A stretch of DNA of 63,739 nucleotides, the filler included, from Guillardia theta CCMP2712 (Eukaryota > Protista > Cryptophyta), in NCBI RefSeq assembly GCF_000315625.1. It is 6 parts of 6 records of this genome, joined end to end, with 100 filler letters (N's around TTAATTAATTAA, not from the genome) between each part and the next. Parts side by side here need not be neighbours in the genome. Positions count along the whole stretch, not along the records: positions 1 to 18,209 come from NW_005434485.1; 5 more parts are not named here. One strand, written 5' to 3'. A program made the translations under genes and the position numbers. Shown piece after piece: positions 1 through 11,700 of the stretch. Position 1 is the stretch's first letter. Each line of letters begins with the position of its first letter. The notes below the pieces were generated by a model, which saw only the letters and a list, made by a program, of their open reading frames with translations, was not told the origin of the DNA and did not search any database.

Positions 1-84
1 CCCTCGTCCCTCGTCCTCGCCCTCCTCCTCCTCTCCTCTCCTCTCCTCTCCTCTCCTCTCCTCTCCTCTCCTCTCCTCTCTCAC

Positions 85-1843
85 CTCCTTCCAGACAGCT
101 TCTGCACGATCATCCCACTTATCTTTGAGGATCTTGAATGCATTATCAGTACCTTGACAATCCTCCAACCATCCTCCTCCACCTCCTCCCTTCATCAACC
201 TCCTCCTCCACCTCCTCCCTTCATCAACCTCCTCCTCGACCTCCTCCCTTCATCAACCTCCTCCTCCACCTCCTCACAACTCCACTCTCTCCCCTGACTC
301 TTCCATCTTTCCCCTCCCTCCTCCCTCCTCCTCGTCTCTCCTTCCCTCTTCTCTCCCGTCCTCTACCTCTTCCAGCGTCAGCAGGAGCGCAGTCCCAAAC
401 GGCGCCAGGTACTCTGGGCGGACGCCATAGCGAATATGACGGATCGTCAACTCGAAGAGCTGCTCGAAGAAGGTCTGCAACATCAACAACGTCAACTCGG
501 TCTGAGTCAGAAACTCTCCTCACCTCCGGCTCCGCCAGACTCAACAGGAGCATCTCCATGATATGCTGCAGCAGCTTCCCCCACCTGGCAGGCAGCAGTC
601 AAGTCAGCCCTTGCAGCTTGCGAGCTTTCATGTTGCAGTTCGCACATGGTGAACGAGCGGCGGAAGAGATGGGTCTGTTCGGGCGACTGGTACCATCCAG
701 TGTCAGTTGGGGGATGGAGGCAGAAGAGCGCAAGCAGCAGCAGCAGCAGCAGGGACAAAGTGCGGGGAGGATGGAGAAAGGCGAGGAGGAGAGTGGGGGT
801 AGGAGAACAGGGAGTGAAAGGACAGTGGCAGGACAGCGGCCGAAGACGAGGAGAAGGGAGCGAAGGAACTGCTGCCCTACCTCATCGTTGAGATGCTTCC
901 AAAAGATAGAGCCCAAGTCCTTGCAAACAAGATGAGGAGAAGACAGAAAGAGCAAGCGCGAGGTACCTCAATATCAGTGTTCACCCTGACTTCCTGCCAG
1001 TGCTCTAGGATCAGTTCTCCCCTGCTAGTCTTCAGTCCGTTCAGCTCGTTGGTGAGACTCTGCGGGGAGGGGAAAAGAAGTCAAACTCTGAGTGACTGGC
1101 ACGTCAAGTCAGTTCTCAGGTCTCCCATCACCTCGACGAGGGTCTGCCATAGCCAGCGAATCGAGTCGCTCATGTGCTCCCCCCAGCTTTCAACGGGCAG
1201 CGTCAGGTTTGACAAGCGGCGGCCAAACAGCACTCACTTCTCTTCCCCCACAGTGTTCTTCAGTGCAACCTCGAACGAGTAGCCCAGTCCCTTCAGGTTC
1301 TCGCTCCTGATTCCCCTGAGGACGTGGACAAGTCAAACTCAACGACGGTAACAGCAAGTCCGGGTCTCCTCTCACCTCTTGTAGAAGCGAGGCGCGTAGA
1401 TGTACACCTTCTCCACCTGCTTCTCCGGCTCCCAGACCAGCTCACACGCCTCGGCGACAAAGTCGTACACGTCTCGTATCAGCAACTACCCAGAGAGAAT
1501 GTCAGTGATAGAGCCATCATGGCGATTGTTCACCTCGACTTCTTCTGACCCCGGCTCCTTGGATTGCATGCTGATCTTTGAGTTGGTCCGCTTCTGCCTC
1601 ATGGTGTGCGCTGATGAACAGTGAGCAAGTGAAGACAACAACGCATGTCTCAACCTTGACTGATCGTATGACCTGGCGCACTGCTGCTGTGCGAGAAACT
1701 ATCATCATCATGCTTGAAGTTGCCCCCCTTGAATGCGCTCATCCTGATGAGATGAGACACCTGGACAGGAGAAAAGCGTCAATGATACAACAATCAGCAG
1801 TAGGGAGAGCAGGAAGATGAGGAGCAGGAGCAGGAGAAGGAAA

Positions 1844-1907
<64 letters not shown>

Positions 1908-4370
1908 AGAGAAGGAGGATGAGGATGAGGAGGGGAAGGAGGAGGAGGAGGAGGATGAGCAGGAAGAGGAGCAACACAAACAACGCCAAGGCTATATGAC
2001 ACTGCAGGACGCGCAAGGCAAAGACGTCACCCCATTCTGGCTGACAGCAGACGTCGAGGGAGAGATCCCCGAAGCTTGGTCGGAGCCGATGCTGTTTACA
2101 ACCTTGGAGATAGTCCTGGAGAAGCTGGAGGCCGATTCCGACCTCAGCTCCTCGTGCATGTTCTCAAAGATGGAAGGGCAGGTGATCGCTAGCTCTGCCT
2201 GGAAGTTCTTCGAGAAGACTTCTATGTCGACATGCTCCCTTAGGTACAGCACTATGTGCTCCAACGACGTCCCGTAGTCCTCGCCGTTCTGAATTGCCTC
2301 CGCCATGTTCTCGCAGACCATTTTGATCACGATTCCCCATGACTTCTCGACCTCCGGCGTCCACATCGCCCCCGCCGCCTCGGAGAGGACGTTCATGAAG
2401 ACTGGACCGATCAGCGGGATGTGGTGAGGGCGGACGTTGTAGAGCACATGGCGAACTCCGAGCCAGGTGACCTGCTGCTTCATACTCTCAGGATCATCGG
2501 CGAACGACACTAGAGTCCCCAGAGTGTTTCCCATCTTGATCGCCATGACCTCTCTGGGCTTCGTGAACAAGCTTGCAACGTTGGGGGCGAGCTTGAAGAG
2601 TTGGTCGTAGATGAGTTCACCGAGGTCAGCCGGCGTGTACTGCTCGAGGATACTTTCCCAGCAGTCCCTCACCACACTGAGAGTGGATCCGACCTCCTTC
2701 AAGGACTGGTCCAGAGCCTTGGTCAGGAAGGCCCACATCCAGAGCCAGGCCTTCTTCTCCTCCTCCAGCATGTCATCGCCCAGAGTGCTGTCAAACACTC
2801 GCATCACGATCTCCTGCATCAAGGGCATCTGCGATCCCCTCACTCCCTTGCGGTGGTGCAACGGTGCAAGGTCGGCAATCTTGACGTAGATCTCTGCCGG
2901 CGAGTGGATGTTGTCAACGATGCTTGAAAGCATGTCGACGAACTTGGTCCCTTGCACGACCCTGTTTGTGAACCGAAACAACGGCTCTAACTCGTCAACG
3001 TCCCGTACAGACTCGTAGATGGAGAGGCCTAGATCAGCATAGGACACCTTCCGCAGCAGCTTCCTCCAAGAAGATACGATAAAGTTCGAATGGAACTTCC
3101 ATTCCTGCAAGTCCACCTTAGGGGCCTTGTTCTTCTTCACATGAACATGCTTCCGTCGCACGCGACTTGCTCGGAACACTCCTCCAGCCTGACGCAAGTT
3201 CGTCCCCTGCAGCGTCGACTTGGATCCAAAGTGGCTGCTCTGTCCTTGGAAGGACGTGGAAGCGTTCCGGGATGACACGGTCACGTCATCCCTCGACCTC
3301 ATCGATCTTGGAGACTCAACAGCATCTGCAGGCTGCGCTCCTGCGTAGTTCAAGAAAGAGGAAGAATTCAAAATCTTTCCCTTGGAAGAGCTAAAGGATC
3401 CAGACTTCCTCTGGAAAGAGTTGAGCGAATCGTTCGACCCTTGACTGACAAGCTTCGGCACAGGAGCACTTTCTGCCTCCGTGTTCATCATCGTCAAGGC
3501 AAGGAAAGGGCAGTTCCCCGCGTTCCCTTGCGCACCAGAGACCTTGGCTTGACCACTGAAGGGACATTGCTTGTGCTCCAAACTCTTTCTAGGAAAGAGG
3601 TCTTGAGCGATATTGCCGTTGGATCGAACCTCGCAGGTTCCCTGTTGTTCTGGGACAGCCTCGAGCTTCTGGCCATTTGAATGCTCAGATCCAGCTGCCT
3701 CCTCCTCGGCACAATCGTCCTGGCTCGGGTAAAAGGCGTCGAGTTTCGAGGAGTTCTGCATCGGAGTGACACTAACGGTCTCGTCCTCCTCGGGGATTTC
3801 TTGCAGGACGCCCCTCTGCGCAAAGGACAAGTCAAGGTGTGGCCGAGCAACCATGTCGGAGCTCTCCTCATCACCAACTGTCATGGTCGCACGAATGTCT
3901 GCGAGGTCAATGGTGTTAAACATCGCAGATTTCTCGATCCCTTTCTCCTTCTCCCTCTGGTTGGCACTTCCGAATGTCAGGTGCGATGCCACAGTCACTT
4001 GTGCAGTATCCGAAGTTTGCACAGCATGAGCCAACCTTCCATTGCTAGCAGCAATCGCCTTCCCGTCATCAGGCTCCACATAGTCTCCAATGTACATACC
4101 AGGAAGCAATGAGTGCGCGGCATGGGTGTGGATTCTCATGAATTTGTCAGTCGCGTCCTTTCCAGAGTTGCTCTTCATGATGTGCTCTCCTCCTGGATGA
4201 TGTGTGATGTAATTGGTCACATCAAAGACCATGTTCTGAACAATGATGAGGATCTTTCCGGTGTCTTGAAGCTTGACAACATCGGTGCGGGACAGTTCGG
4301 GTTGTTTCAATTTCTTTCTCCGTTCTTCAATGGCCTTGAGGGCAGCCGCATCAAGCTCTTTGCCCTTCAT
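85..4370 (-). CDS. Multi-heme protein: N-terminal cytochrome b5 domain + two CPF motifs + at least four tandem 3/3 globin domains; spliced, 3' end runs off window
   Basis: First exon (ORF 4370-1992) has the b5 signature VFDVTNYITHHPGGEHIMKSNSGKDATDKFMRIHTHAA with both axial His, then globin 1 (IVSSW..IYES..VVQGTKF..LAPLHHRKGV..AWLWMW) and globin 2 (VRDCW..LIYDQLFKLAP..LF..LGVRHVLYNV..WTPEVEKSW). Downstream GT-AG exons splice to ..YAPRFYKRGIRSENLKGLGYSFEVALKNTVG..WLWQTL (globin 3) and LILEHWQEV..DLGSIFWKHL..HLFRRSFTMWGKLL..LTIRHIRYGVRPEYLAPFGTALLLTLEE|ILKDKWDDRAEAVWKE (globin 4; exons 474-367 and 132-85). A donor at 84 shows the gene continues. Confidence 0.9.
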
Positions 4371-4979
4371 TTCTTCTGTTTGTCTTCACTCTAACTGTCT
4401 TCAGATCGACTGCATATGAAGACGTATTGCAAAATATCGTTCCTGTTTTGCAAGGTCAACAGAATGCAACAAGCATCAAAACGAAGGGGCAAATAAAAAG
4501 AATGCAATTCAGGATATCTTTCATACTGAGTACTCTTGAACGTTTCATGAGGCTGTTATGGACAGAATGCATGCACATGCAGCTCAGTTCACAATAAATT
4601 GTCTACAGGTCTCTCGGGCACATATCAGACATTTTCAGGGATCAGGGATCAAGAACGCAGCGAGACATTTTGAGCTAGACAAGTATCCCTGATCGCACGC
4701 AAACATGCAGAACAGTGAAGGATAAATGTATTTGTGCCATTGTGGAGGAGGGTCTAGAGAGCATGCCCTCATAGACGGTTCACAGGAATGCAGGGAAACA
4801 CATTCGTTCTCCAAACTCACAGGGGCAGTGCCTGGACCCATCACATTCTGCATGTCAGACTACTGGGAGGGGACCATTCAGGGATCTTTCATAAATTTGG
4901 GGAAGGGCGAGGGGATAGATGGAAGCAGGAGTCAGGACAGCATCATTCCACCCATGCGTCTCCTCTCCTGTCCTCTCTT

Positions 4980-5600
4980 GCTCGCAGCATTTTTTGGGTC
5001 CTCCCTTGACCCCACCCTACCTATAGCACCACCCCCGTTGTTCCTTACAAAACCACCCATACACTGTAACCATTTTATGGAGGTTGGGTTCCCGACCACC
5101 CCCTTGTAAAGCTCAAGAACTAGTACCCCCACCCCCTCATTTGATACACTTTGGTCGAACAATCTGCCCGGTTATAACGTACTACCCGTACTATACAGGT
5201 ATTTATCAGGGGTACTTGACATCCTACTACCCGTTCACATTGGAACCCTTCCACCCACCCCCGGAAATTCCTTCTCCCAAAATCCTTTCCAATCTCTTTT
5301 TTCCTCCGATGATCTATTAACCCTGTAGCGCATTTTGTACTACCCCTCCTGTTTCTGTTAAGATTGGGTACCCCCCTAGCATGATTGTAGGGCTATTTTT
5401 TTGGATCAGACCCCTTCAATTTCATACCCTACCCACCCTTGTAGACTACACGAATAGTACCCCTTCATTTCTCTATCAAAACATGGGTCCTTCGATGCAC
5501 AGTCCCCAACCCCACCATTCCCCTCTGGCCTCCACAACCCAATTGTTTGACTACCCCCACCCCCATATTTCATAGGAATGTTGAAAGGGTGAGGTCATCC
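4980..5600. promoter_or_regulatory. ACCC/TACCC-rich intergenic block, putative bidirectional promoter
   Basis: Dense non-periodic TACCC/CACCC/ACCCC words between the divergent starts of the globin gene (4370, -) and UTP20 (5751, +). Confidence 0.45.
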
Positions 5601-5750
5601 GAAACGTGAAAAAATGCCTTTTGGTGTTTCAGATGCTAAAAGCAAAAACTAGGTAAGGGAAATGTGAATGTAACGGTCCATACATGAAAAATAACGAACC
5701 TGCGTGGAACAACGGAGAAAGAAACGGATTGAAACGACTGTGTAACGGTT

Positions 5751-8700
5751 ATGGGAACGGTGGTATTCGTGACTTCACGTGCGGGTATGGCGTGGTCGGG
5801 GGAGGAGGAGGAGGAGCAGGGGCCGCTAACGCGGGAGGAGGAAAGGAGGAGGAAGGTCCAAGAGAGCAAGAACACTAAGAAGAAGAAGAAGACAACGAGA
5901 GAGAACAGGCACAGGTACCTTGGCTTCAATGAGCGTCTAGAAGCGGTACAAGTAGACGTTCTGAGGAGGACTGGGCGAGATGAGGGGAGGTCGACGGCGA
6001 GCTTGCTGGACGAGGAGCTGAGGGAGGAAAACGGGAGCCACTTCGAACAACAGATCGGGAAGTGGGGAGAGCTGAACCTCACAGACGACTTCACTGTCTT
6101 CCTGAACCAGGTGACGCCGCTGGTCGGTTCCCTCCCCCTCCTGCTGCACAACAAGAATGGTGTGGTGGAAGCGATCGTCCGCCATCTCTCGAAGGAGGAG
6201 AGCAAGGCCATCAAACCTCTCTGTGCATGTCTCTCTGCCTTGGCACGGGATCTTCGCCATGAGATGTATCCCTTCTTCAAGCAATCAGTCGTCCCCTGCC
6301 TTGTTGGCCTGCTGCAGACTACGGACGCGGAACAGCTGGAAGACGTTTTCTCGTGCTTTGCCTATCTCTTCAAGTTCTTGTTGAGATACGTCGTTGATGA
6401 CTTTTTCGACCTGTTCGACTCTCTCTTCCCCGTGCTCAGCAACCGCTTCTGGTACATCAGGAGGTGAGTTGTGCTGGTGCCGAGTCTTGCGAAGTTGGAT
6501 AACGCGGGAGATTGTGCGTAGGTTCTCCTCGGAAGTGATATCCTTCTTGCTGCGAAAGATGCCCACTGATAGACTAGAGATGAACTTGACTCACATGTTC
6601 CAGAGAGCAAGTACGTTTGTAGCAGACTTCGCTTCTAACAGCACGCGGTCCAACAAACTCAACTCAGAGCAGGTACAGTCACAAGAGAAACCTTGACAGA
6701 CTCTCTGAACTATCTTCCATTCATTGTTTATCATATCTTCTATCCCTCCCTCCCTCCCTCCCTCCCTCCCTCCCTCCCTCCCTCCCTCAAGCTTCCTCCT
6801 CGATTTTCTGACTTGGTTCTTGTCCATCTGATTTCAGGTATCTGAGCTCATCATTGACAAGTACTTTGCGCGCGTCTGTGAGCACTGCAGGCTGGAGCAG
6901 TCGGAGCCTCTTTGGACTGTGCTGAAGGAGCTTGTGGAGGAGGGAGCAGAAACAGGAGCAGGAGGCAGCTCTTTGCTGCTCCAGCACGCTCTAAGGTACT
7001 CAGCCATCGCCGTCGCTCATCGAGGAGGAGCTCGACTCGCTCATCCTCGGCTCATGTTCTCCTCTCTCCTCCTGTCGCTCCGCCTGCCCTCCGTCCTCGA
7101 TGGCTCCGACCCGGCGCTGACAGAGAGTGTTCTCCTCCTCGCCTCCTCCCTCCTCTGCCATGCAGCGGAGGAGGACGTGGAGGAGCACGCGGAAGGATGG
7201 TCGAAGATCTTCGAGCTGCCTGACAAGGAGAAGCTTCTGGCTCTCTGCTCGCGCGTCTGCTCCAGCAGCCCCTGCCCTCCTCTGCTCTCCTCCCTGCAGA
7301 GGTTCTGCAACAGGCTAGCGAGCGAGGATGTGCGCATGGCAATGCTGGCGCATGAAATCGCAGCCAGCAGCGTCGCTTCTCCCTCCTCCTTTCGAGCTGG
7401 GGACGAGCTGTACAGCCGCTGTCTGAAGGAGCTCGAGACGTTCGCTGCAGGGAAGGAGGAGAGGAAGAGCTCAGCGGTGTGGGAGTGGCTTGCTGTACGA
7501 TGTGTCAAGCACGTTTCGACCGCAGAGATGAGGAGGAGGAGCGTGCAGACGCTGAAAAGGTGGCGGACAGGCTTGGTAGGACAAGGCAACCTGTAAGGAA
7601 GGGCAAGGGGAAGGAGGAGGAAGAGGAGGAAGAGGAGGAGGGATACACGGAGAAAGTTGTAAGAGCTCTCCTCTCCTCGTCGCAGCATGTCGACGACGAT
7701 GCTCTCCTCCTCGTCGAGGTTCTCAGTACCGTCTCCTCCCTCCATGGCAGCTGCGGCTCAGCCAGCGCAACCAGCAAGGACGGGAAGAAGAAGAAGGCGA
7801 GGATCTCCTCACATGGGAGCAAGGAGGAGGAGCGAGAGGAGGAGTCAAGGGAGATGGAGGAGCTGATTGACAGCATCGTCCTCCTCCTGTTTCAGCTTCA
7901 TCCTCACAAATCAGTCGTTGTTCAGCAGCTCCTTGAGTACTGTCAGTGGAGCACGACGAGGTCGAGGCGTTCTGTCCTTCTCCTCGACCAGTGCCTTCCA
8001 ACGCTCTCCTTCAATCTCATGTCGTCTGACGGCAGGTAGTCTCCTCCTCTTCCTTCCCCCTCCCTCCCCTCTTCCCTCTCCTCCTCCTCCTCCTCCTCCT
8101 CCTCCCCTCCTCTCCCCCCTGATCTTCCTCCTTGATCTCTTGATCTCTCGCTACTCCTCCTCTCCTCCTCTTCCTGTTTGTCGTTGTTCTCCTCCCCTCC
8201 TCCTTGTACTACTTCTCCTGCTCCCCTGCCATATCATCGCTCCTCCTCCTAGTGTCTTCTGCTCCCAACCGCGCTTGTTCTGACTCCTCTCCTACCACAG
8301 CTTGCGTCTTTCCACCATCCGCCTCCTCGAATCTCTCCTCTCCTCCTCCTCTGCCGAGCTGGACCACTCAGTCGATCCCTTCACTGTCAACCCCGACCGG
8401 GCACTCCTGGACCTCATGAGGAGGGTTGAGGAGGCGCCGATGGACGCGGCGAGCGGGAGGATCAGGGTACTGAAGCTGCAGCAACTTAGCTCGGCCATCG
8501 AGTACAACAAGATCTCCAGCAAGTTCTTTCCTCTCGTCTTTCCCTTCCTCATCGGCCAGTTCAAGTGCAGGTTCACCCTCCCTTGGCCGAGCGTCAGGTA
8601 TGAAACCCATCCTTGCTCTTCCTCTCTCCCAGATCATGCTCTTCCTGCCTCCCCTCCTCTCTCCCTCTCTCCTGCTCATCGTCTCTCCTTCTTCTTCGCC

Positions 8701-11700
8701 TCCTCCTCTTGCCCTTTCCACCCCTCCTCGCCCCCCCCCTTCATCCTCCTCTCCCTCGTAACCTTTCGTTTCTTTCCTCTCTCCCCTCCCCTCCTCTCTT
8801 CCTCCCTCCTCCACACTCTCCCCTTACTTCTCGAGCAGGGACTGCATGGCCAAGTACGCGAGGGTCAGGACTGACGACTTCTGGCGCAAGCTTCTCGTCC
8901 ACCTCTCTCTTGCAGCGCAGGAGCCGACATGCTCGAGCCTGGAGGCCGCAGACCTCATTCTTCCTCCCTCTGAGCAGCAGCAGCAGGAGCGCGCGAGGGA
9001 GAGGGAGGAAGAGCGGAGGAAGGACAAGAAGAAGGAGAGGCCGAGCCCGGAGGTCGCCCTTGTAGCTCTGCCGCTGCTGGGGGAGGAGGACAGGGCCGAG
9101 AACTTGATGAACGGGAGGAGGAGGAGCCACAGGTTTTCTGGTACTCCAGCAGTCGAGCTGATAGTCCAGCTGCTGCAGTCAGCCAGCGTAGAGCAAAAGC
9201 TGTTTGACAGGAGGGCAGAGGGACTAGTCAAACAGTTCCTTCGCTTCCTCTGCTTCCAGTATGACCCGCTCTTTGCGGAGGACCAGGAGGCCCTGGAAGA
9301 GGAAGACAAGAAGAAGCTGCTGGAGACGGGGAAGGCGGAGGGGCGAGCGGGCAAGGGCATGCAGAAGACGAAGAAGAAGGCTAAGGGGATGAAGCAGCAA
9401 GAGAAGGAGCAGGAGCAGGAGACAAAGGAGGAGGAGGAGGAGGAAGGGGCAGGTACCCTCCTACGGTACGGGAGGATGGATGCAAATCGTATCTTAGTGG
9501 CGTACTTGGAGATTCTCTCTTCCCAGCAGGGGGCCACCAGGTTCGAGCTGGGAAAGACCCTCCACCGCATCTTCTACAACCTCCTGCCGAAGGCGCATAA
9601 CCGAATCCAGCAGCTCGCACTAGCTGGGCTGCTGCTGGGGGGGTCCGGTAGTCTGGTGCCTTACAGGGCTCAGCTGGAAAATTTGATCGACGACGAGAAA
9701 TATCGTGATGAGCTCGTGTCGTTCCAGGTCTCCTCTNNNNNNNNNNNNNNNNNNNNNNNNNNNNNNNNNNNNNNNNNNNNNNNNNNNNNNNNNNNNNNNN
9801 NNNNNNNNNNNNNNNNNNNNNNNNNNNNNNNNNNNNNNNNNNNNNNNNNNNNNNNNNNNNNNNNNNNNNNNNNNNNNNNNNNNNNNNNNNNNNNNNNNNN
9901 NNNNNNNNNNNNNNNNNNNNNNNNNNNNNNNNNNNNNNNNNNNNNNNNNNNNNNNNNNNNNNNNNNNNNNNNNNNNNNNNNNNNNNNNNNNNNNNNNNNN
10001 NNNNNNNNNNNNNNNNNNNNNNNNNNNNNNNNNNNNNNNNNNNNNNNNNNNNNNNNNNNNNNNNNNNNNNNNNNNNNNNNNNNNNNNNNNCCTTCCAAGG
10101 ATCGTCCGCATGCCCAAGGAGAATACTCAGTCCCTGTTGGCTTACTGGAGGGATTCCATGAGATGTCCTGCGACAAGGAGGTCAAATTCTCCCCCTCTCT
10201 CCTCTCCTCTCCTCCCCTCTCCTCTCCTCCCCTCTCCTCTCCTCTCCTCTCCTCTCCTCTCCTCTCCTCTCCTCCCCTCTCCTCCCCTCCCCTGGTTACT
10301 TCGTCATTCTTGACATATGAGATTGACGTTTTCACTTGCAGTTAGCAAAGTTTCTCTTTACCATGCCGGAAATTCTTCAGTCGGTTAGTCGCTGCCTCGT
10401 CCTCCTTCTTCATCTTTCTTGTCCTTCTCCTTCTCTACCTCTTCATCTCCTTCACTTCTTCCTTGTCCATCTCATTCCTTGCCTTCTCCTGTACCTCTTC
10501 AACTCCTTCCCCTCCTCTACCTTATCTTTCTCTTCTCCCCCATCACCTCCTCCTACAACTTTCGCCTCCTGTTCTCCTCGTACTCACATTCTGCTCAGAT
10601 CTTCGCTTGCCTCTCTGCTACCAACGCTTCCTCCTCAGTCCGCAAGGTAGTTCTCGCCATCCCTCAGTCCCTCTTCGAGCTCGGCATGCATGAGCCGATG
10701 AAGCCGCACATGGAGCAGGTGAGCACGCAGCACCCCTCCCTATCCCCTCGGAATGACCCCATCCCCTCAGCTGATCGACCATATCCACCTGCATCTGGAC
10801 TCCTTCATCAACAAGGGGGGTCTCAGGTCAGCAGGGGATCAGCTGGAGCAGTTCAAACTCATCGGGCTCCTCCGTCAGCAATTCTCCCTCCTCTGGCAGC
10901 TCTCCGAGCTTGTCTCCAGCTCAGTGCAAGCCAAGAAGCTGCTGGACGTCCTCGTCTACTTCCTGTCAGCTGGAAAGAAGTTCGGAGGCGTCGGGTCAAG
11001 GTGAGGCACAGCAACGAGACTCGCTCCCCCCCCTCCCCTCTCCTCCTCCCGCTTGTCCTCCTTGACCTCTTGTCCTCCTCCTCCTCCTCCTCCTCCTCCT
11101 CCTCCTCCTCGCTCTGCTCCTCCTCCTTCCCATCTCACTTCCTGCCAGCGAGGAGAGCCGAAGGCTCGTCCTCTTAACCTCCGCCAACCTCCTCAAGAAG
11201 GTCGACGACTCCTCCCCCTACGCGGCTCCTGCTGCCCTGCAGCTGCTGCCCAGGGGTCAGCCCGAGACTCGCCGAGCAGTGTGCGAGCTGATCGAGGGGG
11301 TTGGGCGGCCGCTGGAGGAGACGAGGGGGCTGGTGAGGGACATGAACGCCTGGAGCACGACTAGGCTGGAGGAGATCGACTTCGACCTGCGACTGCAGGC
11401 GTACACGCGCGCGAGCAAGCAGGTACAAGAGGAGGACGAGGAGGAGGAGGAGGACGAGGACGAGGACGAGGACGAGGACAAGGACAAGGACGAGGACGAG
11501 GACGAGGATAAGGACGTGCAGGAGGAGGAGGATGAAGAGGAGGAGAACGTGCAGGGGATCTTACTAGTATGCGCAGGAGTTTCTCCTTCAGCTGGACGCG
11601 AACAACCTGCGGGTGCTGGCTGCCCAAAGTCTCCACGACATGCAGGAGACAGACATTGCGATCAGAAATCACGCGATGGCGCTGCTGGAGCAGCTGTTCC

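Noticed and set aside
138-935. 265-aa plus-strand ORF
   Set aside because: Antisense shadow of globin-4 exons and their low-complexity introns.
1708-2016. RS-repeat, PA-repeat and poly-Leu ORFs (SR-protein-like)
   Set aside because: Arise from (AGGAGC)n intron repeats; the same artefact occurs at 23.3, 30.7, 43.0 and 62.9 kb.
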